Source of the DNA: an uncultured Planctomycetia bacterium
Lineage (GTDB): Bacteria > Omnitrophota > Gorgyraeia > Tantalellales > Tantalellaceae
Direction: 5' to 3'
DNA: 64,000 nt
NCBI GenBank assembly: GCA_964565425.1
Contig: CAZMEZ010000003.1
Span: forward strand, 18,991-82,990
Below are positions 8,791-20,784 of this stretch, piece after piece. Numbering within the stretch: the first letter of the stretch is position 1; every line of letters starts with the position of its first letter. The notes beneath the pieces were generated by a model, which was given only the letters and a program-made list of their open reading frames with translations, searched no databases and was not told the origin of the DNA. Position numbers and translations under genes: made by a program.

Positions 8791-9597
8791 ATGCTCAAAA
8801 GAAAGAAACTTATATTCACGGCGTTCATAATGCTGGCTCCTTTCCTGTCGGGATGGATCTTCACCGTCAACCAGGCCACGGACGAGGAAGAAATGATCTT
8901 TATCCCCCCGGCCAAAGAAAGGAGCATGGGAAGAAAACTGCATAAGAAGATCCTCGATAAGTTCGACCTGCCGGTGGACCCGCTAATGCAGGAAAGGGTC
9001 TCGCGTATAGGTGAAAAACTTGCCCGGGCCGGCGACAGGAAAGACATAGTATACCGTTTTACCGTGCTTGATAATGAAAAGGACAATTGCTTTAACGCTT
9101 TCGCCGCGCCGGGTGGTTATATTTATATATTTGACGATCTGGCGGAAGCCGTAGAGACCGACGATAACATCGCCGCGGTCCTCGCCCATGAGATGGGCCA
9201 CATTGAAGCAAAGCACGCCGTCAAGAGGATGCAGGGTAACGTCGCTATCGCGGCTCTTATGCTGGTAAGCGCGCAGATGAAAAGCGAGAAGGGCACGCGC
9301 GGGAAGGCGGCATGCGCCATCACCGAGCTCATGGGCGCTTATTCGCGTCAGGATGAGAAGCAGGCGGATGAGCTCTCGGTAAAATATCTCAAGGACGCCG
9401 GGTACGACCCGCGGGCCGCCGTGAAAGTGATAGAAAAGCTTAAAGCGCTGCGTAAGAAAGCGCCCCGCGCGCGGTATTCCTATTACAGGAGCCATCCTTA
9501 TCTTTCGGAGAGGGCGTCATATCTTGAAAAATACGCGAGGGGACATGCGAGCTTCGATTCATATATCAATCTTGTGACGGATAAGGGCGGGATGTGA
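8791..9597 (+). CDS. Secreted M48-family metallopeptidase
   Basis: Signal peptide; HExxH (AVLAHEMGHIEAKHAVKRM). Confidence 0.75.
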   Translation: MLKRKKLIFTAFIMLAPFLSGWIFTVNQATDEEEMIFIPPAKERSMGRKLHKKILDKFDLPVDPLMQERVSRIGEKLARAGDRKDIVYRFTVLDNEKDNCFNAFAAPGGYIYIFDDLAEAVETDDNIAAVLAHEMGHIEAKHAVKRMQGNVAIAALMLVSAQMKSEKGTRGKAACAITELMGAYSRQDEKQADELSVKYLKDAGYDPRAAVKVIEKLKALRKKAPRARYSYYRSHPYLSERASYLEKYARGHASFDSYINLVTDKGGM

Positions 9598-9672
9598 GGC
9601 GGTCTTTACGTTTGGGTCTTTTTCATTTATAATACAACAAACCATTTGTTTCCGGGGAAGAGGAGGTGCGGG

Positions 9673-10149
9673 GTGAAAAAAATAGCGATAGTATATTATT
9701 CCAGGACCGGGAATACCGAGGCCATGGCCCGCCTGGTGGAGGAAGGGGCGAAGACCGAGCCGGACGTGCAGGCAGATACAGTGAACGTCGATTCGTTCCC
9801 GGCAAAGAAGGCGCTGGAATACGACGGCTTGATAGTCGGCTCTCCGACGTATTACGGTTCAATGGCATATCAGGTAAAGAAATTTTTCGACGATTCCGTG
9901 GCTTTTCACGGCAAACTTTCGGGCAAGGTGGGAGCCGCTTTTTCTTCGGCGGCGAATATCGGCGGCGGCAACGAAACGACGATAGCGGGCATATTGAACG
10001 CGATGCTGGTACACGGGATGATAATCCGCGGCGACCACAACGGTGATCATTACGGCCCCGTGTCGATAGGGGCCCCCGATGAACGTGTCGAGAAGCAATG
10101 CCGTTTACTCGGCAAAAAAGTGGCAGCGATGGCGAAGAAACTGACGTAA
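9673..10149 (+). CDS. Flavodoxin-like fold FMN reductase/flavodoxin family protein
   Basis: KKIAIVYYSRTGNTEAMA...GSPTYYGSMA flavodoxin signature; RBS AGGAGG 7 nt before GTG 9673. Confidence 0.75.
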   Translation: MKKIAIVYYSRTGNTEAMARLVEEGAKTEPDVQADTVNVDSFPAKKALEYDGLIVGSPTYYGSMAYQVKKFFDDSVAFHGKLSGKVGAAFSSAANIGGGNETTIAGILNAMLVHGMIIRGDHNGDHYGPVSIGAPDERVEKQCRLLGKKVAAMAKKLT

Positions 10150-10203
10150 CATATCCGCGGGCCGCAGATCACAGGCATCGGATTTCAACGGAAAGGAAGA
10201 ACA

Positions 10204-11526
10204 TTGAGCAAGACATTTGTTCTTGATACCAACGTTATATTGCATAACCCCAATTCGATAATCTCGTTCAGCGACAACACCGTTCTTCTCCCGATAGAGG
10301 TGCTCGAAGAGCTGGACAGGTTCAAGAGGGACCACGACGAAAAGGGGCGTAACGCCAGGATCGCCATAAGGATGCTTGACGAGATGCGCAAGAGAGGCGA
10401 ACCCGGCGAAGGTTACCCCATGGATAACGGCGGGGTGTTGAAGATCTCGACGGGCCTGGATTACGATATCCTGGCCGAAGTGGGGTTATCAAAAGACCTG
10501 ACGGATAACAGGATCCTGCTTACTGCCCATATGTTGAAAGCCAAAGGCGAGAACGTTATTTTCGTTTCCAAGGACATCAACGCGAGGATCAAGGCCGACG
10601 CGCTGGGCGTACCGAGCGTGGATTTTGAGAAACACAAGGTTGATTTCGAGCATCTCTACGGCGGATGGCACGCGGTAGAAGTGGCGAGGAGCGAAATAGA
10701 CGCCTTTTACAAGGAAAAGAAGTTCCCGGTCAAGAAGGACGAGTTTTATCCGAACGAGTTCGCTCTTCTGGTGGACAAGGAAGACCCCAAACATACGGCT
10801 ATAGGGCGGTATAAGGAGGAATTCGGGATACTGATGCCGCTCATATTCAACAAAACCCATGTAATGTCCATACGGCCGCGTAACAAAGAACAGGCGATGG
10901 CTATTGAGCTTCTTTTGAATAACGATATAAGTCTTGTGACCCTGATGGGGCCCGCCGGAACGGGGAAGACGCTTTTGGCGATCGCGGCCGGTCTTCAGAA
11001 GGCGGTCAAGGATAAATCCTATACCGGGCTTCTTATATCGAGGCCGGTCATGCCGCTGGGCAGGGATATCGGATATCTTCCGGGGACCAAGGAGGAAAAG
11101 CTCGAGAGCTGGATGGGGCCGATATACGACAACCTTGAGTACATATTCAACGCCGAAAAAAAAGACAAGGACTCGAAGGTTAATGTCAAGACGCAGATCG
11201 AGAAATACATAAAAGAGGAGATAATAGAGCTTGAAGCCATGACTTTCATGAGAGGGCGAAGTATACCCAGTCGCTTCATAATAATCGACGAAGCGCAAAA
11301 CCTCACTCCGCATGAGGTAAAAACGGTCATAAGCCGCGCGGGCAATTACACAAAAATGGTCCTTACGGGTGATCCTTACCAGATAGACAACCCGTATCTC
11401 GATTCGTCCAGCAACGGTTTGGCGTATTGCGTCGATAAAATGAAAGGGCAGAAGGCTTTCGGCCATGTGACTTTCGCTAAGAGCGAGAGGAGTTCTCTGG
11501 CTTCGCTGGCCGCTGAACTGTTATAG
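10204..11526 (+). CDS. PhoH-like ATPase with N-terminal PIN domain (YlaK-type)
   Basis: N-terminal PIN (FVLDTNVILHNP); Walker A LMGPAGTGKTLLAIAAG; PhoH C-terminal region; TTG start with RBS GGAAAGGAAG. Confidence 0.85.
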   Translation: MSKTFVLDTNVILHNPNSIISFSDNTVLLPIEVLEELDRFKRDHDEKGRNARIAIRMLDEMRKRGEPGEGYPMDNGGVLKISTGLDYDILAEVGLSKDLTDNRILLTAHMLKAKGENVIFVSKDINARIKADALGVPSVDFEKHKVDFEHLYGGWHAVEVARSEIDAFYKEKKFPVKKDEFYPNEFALLVDKEDPKHTAIGRYKEEFGILMPLIFNKTHVMSIRPRNKEQAMAIELLLNNDISLVTLMGPAGTGKTLLAIAAGLQKAVKDKSYTGLLISRPVMPLGRDIGYLPGTKEEKLESWMGPIYDNLEYIFNAEKKDKDSKVNVKTQIEKYIKEEIIELEAMTFMRGRSIPSRFIIIDEAQNLTPHEVKTVISRAGNYTKMVLTGDPYQIDNPYLDSSSNGLAYCVDKMKGQKAFGHVTFAKSERSSLASLAAELL

Positions 11527-11534
11527 ATGACGGT

Positions 11535-11701
11535 ATGAACATAAACATACGCTACATAAAAGAGACCGATGTTTTCGAGGTACAGGCCGTCGAAAAAAAA
11601 CTGCGATCACATTTTCTGCTGTCGCGAGCGGAGCTGAACAAGCTGAGGACGATGCTCGAAAAGGCCCTGCTCGACAGCAAGAGCCCCAAAGGTAAAAAAT
11701 A
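11535..11701 (+). CDS. Possible 55-aa ORF (MNINIRYIKETDVFEVQAVEKKLRSHFLLSRAELNKLRTMLEKALLDSKSPKGKK)
   Basis: Unannotated short ORF in the spacer after the PhoH-PIN gene; no RBS; speculative. Confidence 0.2.
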
Positions 11702-11739
11702 AGGATGAACGAACGGGGCAGGCCGGGTTTTTAGAGGGG

Positions 11740-12234
11740 ATGCTTATGTGTAAAATACGTAACATCAAAAAAAAATTGATCGCTCTGTTATGTTTCCTTA
11801 TTCCGGGCCTTTTTTTGGCGGGGCCGGGTTTTGCCGCCGGGAAGGACCGGGGCACCCGCACCCGCGAGAAAAAAGTCAAATGGGTCAAAACAAAAACAGG
11901 GCTTAACAGCCTTATCCAGCTCTCCAAGGACCGCAATACGATGGAGAAAGAATACGCGCAGGAGACCCGGAACTATGAGAAGCTCAGGGATGCCGTCGAA
12001 GGGGAGTATCTGAAGGAAGGCATGCCGGTCGCCGCGGTCGAAAGAAAGTTCGGGAAGCCCGTAGTAGCGTTTCCCGGAGAGGGCGGCGGCACGACAAATC
12101 GGGTTTATAAGCCCGGGGACGAGTCTTTCCTGGACGGAGGCAAAAAGATATACCTTATCTTTGATGACAATGGCAGCCTGGTCAAATGGCAGAACATAGA
12201 TAAGGCAGGGGCGGAACCGGGAGCCGGGGAATAG
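11740..12234 (+). CDS. Secreted hypothetical protein
   Basis: Signal peptide (LIALLCFLIPGLFLAGPGFAAG); no recognisable domain. Confidence 0.5.
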   Translation: MLMCKIRNIKKKLIALLCFLIPGLFLAGPGFAAGKDRGTRTREKKVKWVKTKTGLNSLIQLSKDRNTMEKEYAQETRNYEKLRDAVEGEYLKEGMPVAAVERKFGKPVVAFPGEGGGTTNRVYKPGDESFLDGGKKIYLIFDDNGSLVKWQNIDKAGAEPGAGE

Positions 12235-12242
12235 CATGGCGG

Positions 12243-13334
12243 TTATTCCGCCATTGCGTAGGTATGGCCTTTATCGTATCCCTTATAATGCGCTTCCAGT
12301 ATCTCCTGGGCCGGCTTGTTCTGCGGCGTGAACTGACGATTATAAGTTCCTCCCGCGTAGACGTTAGTATCCCATTTCCACCAATAGACGCCCGCGAGCC
12401 AGCGTTCACCCCAGACCGTTTCGAAAAAAGCCCTGTAGCATTTGGCCTGCATTTCGGGGTCGGCGTTGCCTTCCAGTCCGTTCTGCCAGGGCATGTAAGG
12501 GGCGTGGGAAGCGCTCGGATATCCTATTTCGGTGAAGATTATAGGCTTATTTATTTTCTTTTGCCATATTTCCAGGTCTGACTTCCATTTTTCCCAGCCT
12601 TTTTTAAGGTCGTCAACGGTCGGGTCGGATTTGTAGGTCAGAGGGAAATAGGCATCGATCCCGACGTAGTCAAGCTCGTCCCAGAATCTTATGTTCTTGA
12701 AGTTGTCCCAGTTCGCCGCGTAAACGAGCTTTCCCGGATATATTTTACGGACCTTGGCTATCAGTTCTCTCCATTCGGCTTCCTTTTGCGTGGTAAAGGA
12801 GAGTTCGGTACCGATGCAAAAAAGTTCAACGTCGAGATCTCTGGCCAAACGCGCATATTTCAATATGAATTTGCCGTACGCGTCGAACCATTTCTTCCAG
12901 TCGTTTTCGCATGCGAAACCTATGTCCGCGCGCCAATATGTGCCGTCATATTTGTCAATGAGGTCGATATGCGGTTTCAGCGCGACTTTAATGCCGAGTT
13001 TATGGGCCGTTATGATGACGTGACGCAGGCTTCTCGAGCTTGGGCTCTTGTCCGTGGCTTTTATTTCTGTCGAATTATATTTTTCCTGATAATGGGTCGC
13101 GCATACCGAGATATATTCAACGCCGAGGGAGGCGAGTTTTTTAAGGGATTCATCGGAAAATTCAGAGGCAAAACGGTCCTTGTCCCAGGTAACGTAGCAT
13201 ACCCCCTTTTGCAACGGCAAAAATGCGGTTTCGGAATGAAGATCGCAGGGGGGGAATAGGAGCGACATAATTAAAACCGTTGCCAACAAGACGCTCGATA
13301 TACCGTTCTGTTCCTTATCACGGCGCATTGACAT
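12243..13334 (-). CDS. Secreted TIM-barrel glycoside hydrolase (GH5/GH113-like)
   Basis: Signal peptide after MSMRRDKEQ; candidate catalytic glutamates in CIGTELS (acid/base) and IIFTEIGYPS (nucleophile). Start placed at ATG 13334 with RBS GGAGG 6 nt upstream, because the longer track start at 13433 runs into the leader terminator. Confidence 0.65.
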   Translation of the reverse strand: MSMRRDKEQNGISSVLLATVLIMSLLFPPCDLHSETAFLPLQKGVCYVTWDKDRFASEFSDESLKKLASLGVEYISVCATHYQEKYNSTEIKATDKSPSSRSLRHVIITAHKLGIKVALKPHIDLIDKYDGTYWRADIGFACENDWKKWFDAYGKFILKYARLARDLDVELFCIGTELSFTTQKEAEWRELIAKVRKIYPGKLVYAANWDNFKNIRFWDELDYVGIDAYFPLTYKSDPTVDDLKKGWEKWKSDLEIWQKKINKPIIFTEIGYPSASHAPYMPWQNGLEGNADPEMQAKCYRAFFETVWGERWLAGVYWWKWDTNVYAGGTYNRQFTPQNKPAQEILEAHYKGYDKGHTYAMAE

Positions 13335-13345
13335 TTTATCCTCCG

Positions 13346-13394
13346 GAAAAATAAAAAACCCTATTCGATAAAGGTCGCTCCATATCGAATAGGG
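13346..13394 (-). terminator. Intrinsic terminator 13 nt upstream of the hydrolase RBS (putative riboswitch expression platform)
   Basis: On the minus strand, an 11-bp perfect stem CCCUAUUCGAU...AUCGAAUAGGG is followed by UUUUUUAUUUUU. Confidence 0.6.
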
Positions 13395-13435
13395 CTGCAA
13401 GAATCCGGCAATAAATGCCAACATACATTGCATAA

Positions 13436-13532
13436 ATTCGGCGGTCCGACTGCCATGCCCATCGTGAACGAAGAGGGGTTAGGCTCGTGACTTTGCAGTC
13501 CTATTCTTTCGAATAGTTTGCCCCGTTAGAGA
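13436..13532 (-). ncRNA. c-di-GMP-I (GEMM) riboswitch-like aptamer in the 5' leader of the glycoside hydrolase gene
   Basis: The minus-strand RNA reads ...CUAACGGGGCAAACUAUUCGAAAGAAUAGGACUGCAAAGUCACGAGCCUAACCCCUCUUCGUUCACG... This matches the Vibrio Vc2 GEMM core (GGGCAAACCAUUCGAAAGAGUGGGACGCAAAGCCUCCGGCCUAAACC): a GAAA-capped hairpin, the GGAC(U)GCAAAG junction, and a second hairpin with a CCUAA receptor-like loop. Confidence 0.6.
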
Positions 13533-13759
13533 TAGTGTCCCTAACGTGGCAAGCCCCATTGTCCTTAACCCCGATAGAAAAGATTTTCTAACGGGGTATA
13601 ACGGGGTTTGCCTTTATCGATCATGCGAAAATCAGGGTTTAAAAGAACTTTCTCGCCTACAATATCGATTTTAATGATAGAAAAATAAAAAGCAAGATAC
13701 TAACATTTAACTTTTTTATATTTAACGCCTAAATATATATAAACAATATGATATTTTGT

Positions 13760-13788
13760 TTGTCTTGGCTCCCCAATTTCATTATAAT
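13760..13788 (+). promoter_or_regulatory. Candidate sigma70 promoter for greA (TTGTCT-17-TATAAT)
   Basis: Hexamers with 17-nt spacing, ~70 nt upstream of the greA start, in an AT-rich divergent region. Confidence 0.4.
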
Positions 13789-13856
13789 TAGTAGGAAATT
13801 AATTTGCATCTGGTATGGAAATGCCTTGATATTTAACGCTTGGAGGGGAAGGCAGA

Positions 13857-14333
13857 ATGGCGAAGGGAAAGATATCATTGACGCGGGCGGGCCGCGATAA
13901 GATCGTTAAGGAATTGGAAGAGTTGAAAGGCGAAAAAAGGCGCGAGATCGCGAAACAGCTGGCCGAGGCCAGGGCGCATGGTGATCTCAGCGAGAACGCC
14001 GAATACGACGCCGCTAAAGAGGCGCAGGCAATGAATGAAAAGCGTATCGCAGAATTGGAAGAGACACTGATGCGCGCGCGGATAATAGATGAAGACTCCG
14101 TCCCCAAGGACCAGGCTCTGCTTGGCGCGACCGTCCGGGTAAAGGACCTCAGAGGAGGGCAGGAATTCGATTATATCCTCGTGTCGGAGGAGGAGGCGGA
14201 TTTTGAAAATGATAAGATATCCATAACGTCTCCGGTGGGGGGCGCTCTCTTAGGCCACAAGGTTGGAGATGTTGTCGAGATAGCGGTTCCGGCGGGGGCG
14301 CTGGAGTATGAGATAGTTAAGATAAGCAGGTGA
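13857..14333 (+). CDS. greA: Transcription elongation factor GreA
   Basis: N-terminal coiled-coil with conserved acidic tip (AHGDLSENAEYDAAKEAQ) and C-terminal FKBP-like domain. Confidence 0.9.
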   Translation: MAKGKISLTRAGRDKIVKELEELKGEKRREIAKQLAEARAHGDLSENAEYDAAKEAQAMNEKRIAELEETLMRARIIDEDSVPKDQALLGATVRVKDLRGGQEFDYILVSEEEADFENDKISITSPVGGALLGHKVGDVVEIAVPAGALEYEIVKISR

Positions 14334-14357
14334 CGGGTGACGAGTGACGGGAGAGGC

Positions 14358-14921
14358 ATGAGGAGAGAGATAGATCTGGCCTTGGCGACGAGGATTATAA
14401 ATCATGGGCCGGTAGTTATGGTTACCTCGCAGTTCGACGGGAAAACGGATATCACGCCTGTAGCGTGGACCATGCCCGTTCAAAAGAAGCCCCCCGTAAT
14501 AGTCCTGGAGATAAGCGAGGGGCATTTTATCTTTGAGTGTATCATTAAAACGGGGGATTTCGCCGTGAACGTTCCCCCTAAATCCCTTGCGGGGGATATA
14601 GTTAAATGCGGGAGCGTTTCCGGAAGGGACGCGGATAAATTCAGCACGTCCGGGTTTAACGCGGAGCCGTCCAAGAAAATAGCGTCGCCTTCGATAAAAG
14701 AAGCGATGGCGGTACTTGAGTGCGAATTGATAAGGGACGAGCATCTTCTTAAGGAATATAACATGGTCCTGGGCGAGGTAAAGTACGCCGAAGCCGATGG
14801 GGAAGCTTTTAGCGAACACTGGCTTTTCGAACGGGAGGATCTCATGACCGTCCATCATCTGGGAGACAGGACATTCGCCTTTCCGGGCGGCGTGATAGAC
14901 CTCAGAAAAGATAAAATTTAA
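14358..14921 (+). CDS. Flavin reductase-like (FMN-binding split-barrel) domain protein
   Basis: GPVVMVTSQFDGKTDITPVAWTMPV...GDFAVNVP motif; start taken at ATG 14358 (the track GTG 14337 lies in a gtgacgg stutter). Confidence 0.7.
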   Translation: MRREIDLALATRIINHGPVVMVTSQFDGKTDITPVAWTMPVQKKPPVIVLEISEGHFIFECIIKTGDFAVNVPPKSLAGDIVKCGSVSGRDADKFSTSGFNAEPSKKIASPSIKEAMAVLECELIRDEHLLKEYNMVLGEVKYAEADGEAFSEHWLFEREDLMTVHHLGDRTFAFPGGVIDLRKDKI

Positions 14922-14961
14922 AATATAAAAGTAAAAAAAGAATTAAAATCCGGGAATTGTT

Positions 14962-15987
14962 ATGTGGAAGAAACTGATAATCGCGGTATTGCTGGTCATG
15001 GTCGTGTGGTCGTTCCTTCCGCTCATACCGTTCTGGTTCATGGAGGGGGCGGGTCTGGATGAAAATAACAGGGCCGGTGTAGAAAAGCTGACAAATAATA
15101 AAGGCTCGTATTTTTCCTTCATAGTGTTCGGGGACAACCATTCGGGCTTGATATTCAACGACGCCGCGACCCTCAAGGAGATATGGCACATGAACAGGGA
15201 GGACCGGTTCAGGAAGGTGCCGATAGATTTCGTGCTTAGCGTGGGCGACATAACTCTTGACGGGAAAAGATCGCATTTTGTAGCCTTCAAGAAGATGCAG
15301 GAATTGATCAAATTCCCGCTGATAACCGCTATAGGCAACCACGATGACAGGAAGCTTTTTGAGGAGTTTTGCGGCGATAAGGAATTTTCTTTCGTCAACA
15401 GGAATTCCTATTTCATCATTGTTGATAACGAGGAAGGCGCGCTGAGCGAATCACAGTTCAATTGGCTGGAGGAAAAGCTCAAGGAGGGGGAGGGATACGA
15501 CCACATTTTCATAGCCCTGCATAAACCGCCGTTCGATCCTTGCCAGCAGGAGTGGTATAACGAAGATAACAGCCCCTGGGCTTACAGGTTCCGGAAGCTT
15601 TGCGGCGAATACGGCGTCGACATGGTATTTTCCGGACATAAACACATGTTCAAGCGGGAAGAGTTTGACGGTGTCGAGAATATAGTGACCGGTGGCGGTG
15701 GAATGCTTATAGAGATACCGGAAGCGGATGGCGGTTATCTTCATTACGTGAGGGTGATGGTCAACAACGATTACGTTACTTACGAGGTAAGGAGGATATC
15801 ACCGCCTTTTTGGGAATATCTGACTTATTATTTCTGGAAAGAGGCGATATATTGGGTTCGTAACTTTTACGGTTCGGGATATGTTTTCGGACGGAACACC
15901 AGAATAGAGCCGCTTAGGGTGTCGGACCTTAACGACCGGGAATATTGGATCTGGCCGGCTAAAAGGGGAGCGGGCAAAGGACAATAG
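14962..15987 (+). CDS. Membrane-anchored calcineurin-like metallophosphoesterase
   Basis: N-terminal TM; phosphoesterase motifs GDNH, GDITLDG, GNHD, GHKH. Confidence 0.8.
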   Translation: MWKKLIIAVLLVMVVWSFLPLIPFWFMEGAGLDENNRAGVEKLTNNKGSYFSFIVFGDNHSGLIFNDAATLKEIWHMNREDRFRKVPIDFVLSVGDITLDGKRSHFVAFKKMQELIKFPLITAIGNHDDRKLFEEFCGDKEFSFVNRNSYFIIVDNEEGALSESQFNWLEEKLKEGEGYDHIFIALHKPPFDPCQQEWYNEDNSPWAYRFRKLCGEYGVDMVFSGHKHMFKREEFDGVENIVTGGGGMLIEIPEADGGYLHYVRVMVNNDYVTYEVRRISPPFWEYLTYYFWKEAIYWVRNFYGSGYVFGRNTRIEPLRVSDLNDREYWIWPAKRGAGKGQ

Positions 15988-16020
15988 ACGAATTCGACAG
16001 CGGACAAAGCCAGAAAAAAT

Positions 16021-16050
16021 AGCCCGGGACGCAAGCCCGGGCTATTTTTT
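16021..16050 (+). terminator. Rho-independent terminator
   Basis: AGCCCGGG-ACGCAA-CCCGGGCU followed by a T-run. Confidence 0.8.
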
Positions 16051-16059
16051 ACAAAAATA

Positions 16060-16088
16060 TTGACAATGCGAACAAATTATGGTATTCT
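16060..16088 (+). promoter_or_regulatory. Candidate sigma70 promoter for the Rrf2/met-cys operon (TTGACA-17-TATTCT)
   Basis: Consensus -35 and a good -10 with 17-nt spacing, ~30 nt upstream of the Rrf2 start. Confidence 0.5.
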
Positions 16089-16118
16089 ACTATTTGTCTA
16101 TAGGGAAATAGGAGAATT

Positions 16119-17880
<1,762 letters not shown>

Positions 17881-17883
<3 letters not shown>

Positions 17884-17960
17884 ATTGTGAATAGTGAATT
17901 GTGAATAGTGAGTTGTGGGCCGAACAATGCGATTAACGACTTACGATTCACCATTCACGT
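17881..17960. repeat. GTGAATT/GTGAATA heptamer-stutter inverted repeat (family F1)
   Basis: gtgaattgtgaatagtgaattgtgaatagtgagttgtgg ... cgacttacgattcaccattcacg; homologous to 49091-49161. Confidence 0.8.
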
Positions 17961-17973
17961 TTTTGAAGGAGGC

Positions 17974-18906
17974 ATGATGATATACGATGACATTACTCAG
18001 ACGGTAGGGAATACCCCGCTGATCCGTTTGTCTAAGATAGATAGCGGCCTTCCGGGCAACATATTCGCCAAAGCGGAGTTCTTCAACCCCCTGGGGAGCG
18101 TCAAGGACAGGATAGGCCTCGCCATGATAGAGGCAGCCGAAAAGGAAGGCAAGCTGAAAAAAGGTTCCATCATCATTGAGCCCACCAGCGGCAATACCGG
18201 CATAGCGCTTGCTTTTATCTCGGCAGCCAAGGGGTACAAACTCGTGCTTACCATGCCTGATACCATGAGCGCGGAGAGACGTGCGCTCCTGAGGATATTC
18301 GGCGCCGAGGTAGTGCTTACTCCCGGGGAAAAAGGCATGAAAGGGGCTGTTGATAAAGCCGAAGAGATGGTATCGAAAACGCCGGGCGCGTTCATGCCGC
18401 AGCAGTTCGAGAACCCCGCTAATCCCGGGATCCACCAAAAGACCACGGCGCAGGAGATATGGAACGATACCGACGGGAAAGTCGGCGTATTTGTTGCCGG
18501 CATAGGGACGGGCGGCACCATAACGGGTGTCGGCGAGGTCCTTAAAGGCAGAAAACCCGGTGTCAAGATCATCGGTGTGGAACCCAGGGATTCGGCGATC
18601 CTTTCCGGCGGCCAGCCCGGGCCGCATAAGATACAGGGGATCGGCGCGGGTTTCATTCCTAAGGTCTTGAAAAAAGAACTGTTAGATGAGATAATAACGA
18701 TTCATGACGACGTTGCCGGGGAGATGTCGCGGCGGCTGGCGAAGGAAGAAGGCCTGCTTGTCGGCATATCGGCCGGCGCCAACGTTGCCGCGAGCGTAAA
18801 GGTGGCGTCCAGGGAAGAGAACAAGAATAAGAATATCGTGACCGTGTTATGTGATACCGGTGAAAGATATTTAAGCACTTGGCTTTTCGAGGAATTCCTG
18901 GATTGA
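17974..18906 (+). CDS. cysK: Cysteine synthase A (O-acetylserine sulfhydrylase)
   Basis: GNTPLIRL...SVKDRIGL...[12 protein letters not shown] motifs; RBS GAAGGAGG before ATG 17974 (the track start at 17908 lies in a hairpin repeat). Confidence 0.9.
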   Translation: MMIYDDITQTVGNTPLIRLSKIDSGLPGNIFAKAEFFNPLGSVKDRIGLAMIEAAEKEGKLKKGSIIIEPTSGNTGIALAFISAAKGYKLVLTMPDTMSAERRALLRIFGAEVVLTPGEKGMKGAVDKAEEMVSKTPGAFMPQQFENPANPGIHQKTTAQEIWNDTDGKVGVFVAGIGTGGTITGVGEVLKGRKPGVKIIGVEPRDSAILSGGQPGPHKIQGIGAGFIPKVLKKELLDEIITIHDDVAGEMSRRLAKEEGLLVGISAGANVAASVKVASREENKNKNIVTVLCDTGERYLSTWLFEEFLD

Positions 18907-18931
18907 CCGGGGTAAGCAAGCCAGAGGGAAT

Positions 18932-20086
18932 ATGACCGAAAAAACCAGAAAAAGCAAAAAACAGTACGTGGAGACGAAATACTATAACATGCCCGAGGGC
19001 GAGAAGTTTGTCCTGGAAAGCGGCGTAAAACTCGGTGAGCTTAAGGTAGCGTATGAGGCGTACGGCGAGCTGAACAAGCAAAAAGACAACGCGGTCCTTA
19101 TATGTCACGCCCTTTCCGGTGACGCGCACGCGGCGGGTTATCACCACGGTGATACTAAACCCGGCTGGTGGGATGAGATGATAGGCCCCGGTAAGGCTTT
19201 TGACACGGAAAAGTATTTCGTGATCTGCTCGAACGTGATCGGCGGATGCAAGGGGTCGAGCGGACCCAATTCGATCAACCCTCTTACGGGCGAACCGTAT
19301 GGGCTCAGTTTCCCGATAGTGTCCGTAAGGGACATGGTGAACGCACAGAAAAAGCTTTTGGACCACCTCGGCATAGAAAGGATTCTTTCCGTATGCGGCG
19401 GTTCGATGGGCGGCATGCAGGCCCTTCAGTGGGTCGTTACGCATCCTGAAAGCGTAGTATCCTGCATGCCGATCGCCACGGCCTATAAGCATTCAGCCCA
19501 GCAGATAGCCTTCGACGAAGTCGGCAGGCAGGCCATAATGGCCGACCCCGCATGGAACGGCGGCGACTATTATGATAAGGGGCATCCATCCGCGGGTCTC
19601 GCGGTAGCCAGGATGATAGGCCATATTACGTACATGAGCGATAAGTCCATGGAGGACAAGTTCGGCCGGGTGCTGAAGAAGGAGAAGCTTGGTTTTGAAT
19701 TCACTACGGAATTTGAGGTCGAAGGTTACCTGAGGTACAGGGGGGACAGTTTCGTAAAGAGATTTGACGCCAACTCGTATCTCTATATCACCAAGGCTAT
19801 GGATTATTTCGACCTCCTGAAAGACCAGAAACCGCACCAGATCTTCAAGGGCGTAAAAGCGCGTTTTCTTGTTATAGCGTTCAGCTCAGACTGGCTTTAT
19901 CCGTCTTACCAGTCCAAGGAGATAGTCAAGGCGCTGAAGATGAACGGGATCGACGTTACGTACTGTGAGATAAGCTCGGATTGCGGCCATGATGCCTTCC
20001 TTCTCGAGCTGGAAGAGGAATCGAAACTGATAAGGCATTTTCTGGATAACACGCACAAGAAACTGGAGAGAAAAGGTGACAAGTAA
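18932..20086 (+). CDS. metX: Homoserine O-acetyltransferase
   Basis: Alpha/beta hydrolase motifs [15 protein letters not shown] and [12 protein letters not shown]. Confidence 0.9.
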   Translation: MTEKTRKSKKQYVETKYYNMPEGEKFVLESGVKLGELKVAYEAYGELNKQKDNAVLICHALSGDAHAAGYHHGDTKPGWWDEMIGPGKAFDTEKYFVICSNVIGGCKGSSGPNSINPLTGEPYGLSFPIVSVRDMVNAQKKLLDHLGIERILSVCGGSMGGMQALQWVVTHPESVVSCMPIATAYKHSAQQIAFDEVGRQAIMADPAWNGGDYYDKGHPSAGLAVARMIGHITYMSDKSMEDKFGRVLKKEKLGFEFTTEFEVEGYLRYRGDSFVKRFDANSYLYITKAMDYFDLLKDQKPHQIFKGVKARFLVIAFSSDWLYPSYQSKEIVKALKMNGIDVTYCEISSDCGHDAFLLELEEESKLIRHFLDNTHKKLERKGDK

Positions 20087-20681
20087 AAGAAAAGAGGATC
20101 TCAGGCTGGATCACAAGGTCATCGGCGATATGGTCGAGACCGGTTCGATGGTGCTTGATATGGGTTGCGGCGACGGGGATCTCCTGGAATATCTCGTGCT
20201 CCAAAAGGACGTAAAAGGCAACGGCGTGGAGATTAGCGAGGAAGCCATATATAAGTGCGTGGAAAAGGGCCTGAGCGTTTCCCAGGGGGATATAGATTCC
20301 GGACTCAAGGAGTACCCTGATAACCTGTTCGATTACATAATATTCAACCAGACGATGCAGCAGGTGCACAGGCCCAAGGAAGCCATAATAGAGGCCTTAA
20401 GGATAGGTAAAAAGGTCATAATAGGGTTCCCGAATTTCTGTTACTGGACGGCCAGGCTGCAGATATTTTTCACGGGCCATGTGCCCGTAACCCCGTCCCT
20501 GCCGTATTCCTGGTACGATACCCCGAACCTTCATTTTCTCAGCATCACGGATTTCAAGGATTTTTGCAGGGATTCGGATGTGGTGGTGGAGAAAAGCGTG
20601 TTTCTTTCCGACAATGGCATGGTGAAGATCATGCCTAACCTTTTTGCCCTTAACGCTGTTTTTCAGATATCGAAGAAATAG
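20076..20681 (+). CDS. metW: Methionine biosynthesis protein MetW
   Basis: ~200 aa SAM-MTase-like protein ([12 protein letters not shown]) overlapping metX by 11 nt, as in typical metXW pairs. Confidence 0.85.
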   Translation: MTSKRKEDLRLDHKVIGDMVETGSMVLDMGCGDGDLLEYLVLQKDVKGNGVEISEEAIYKCVEKGLSVSQGDIDSGLKEYPDNLFDYIIFNQTMQQVHRPKEAIIEALRIGKKVIIGFPNFCYWTARLQIFFTGHVPVTPSLPYSWYDTPNLHFLSITDFKDFCRDSDVVVEKSVFLSDNGMVKIMPNLFALNAVFQISKK

Positions 20682-20773
20682 TGATGTGTGATGGGTAATG
20701 TGTGATGAGTCGCAGGTTGTGTGCGCATAACGCCATAGAATAACCCATCACCCCTCACTCGTCACCCATCACT
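20682..20773. repeat. GTGATGG/CCATCAC heptamer-stutter inverted repeat
   Basis: gtgatgtgtgatgggtaatgtgtgatgagtcg ... acccatcacccctcactcgtcacccatcac, directly after the metW stop. Confidence 0.8.
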
Positions 20774-20784
20774 TAAATATTATC

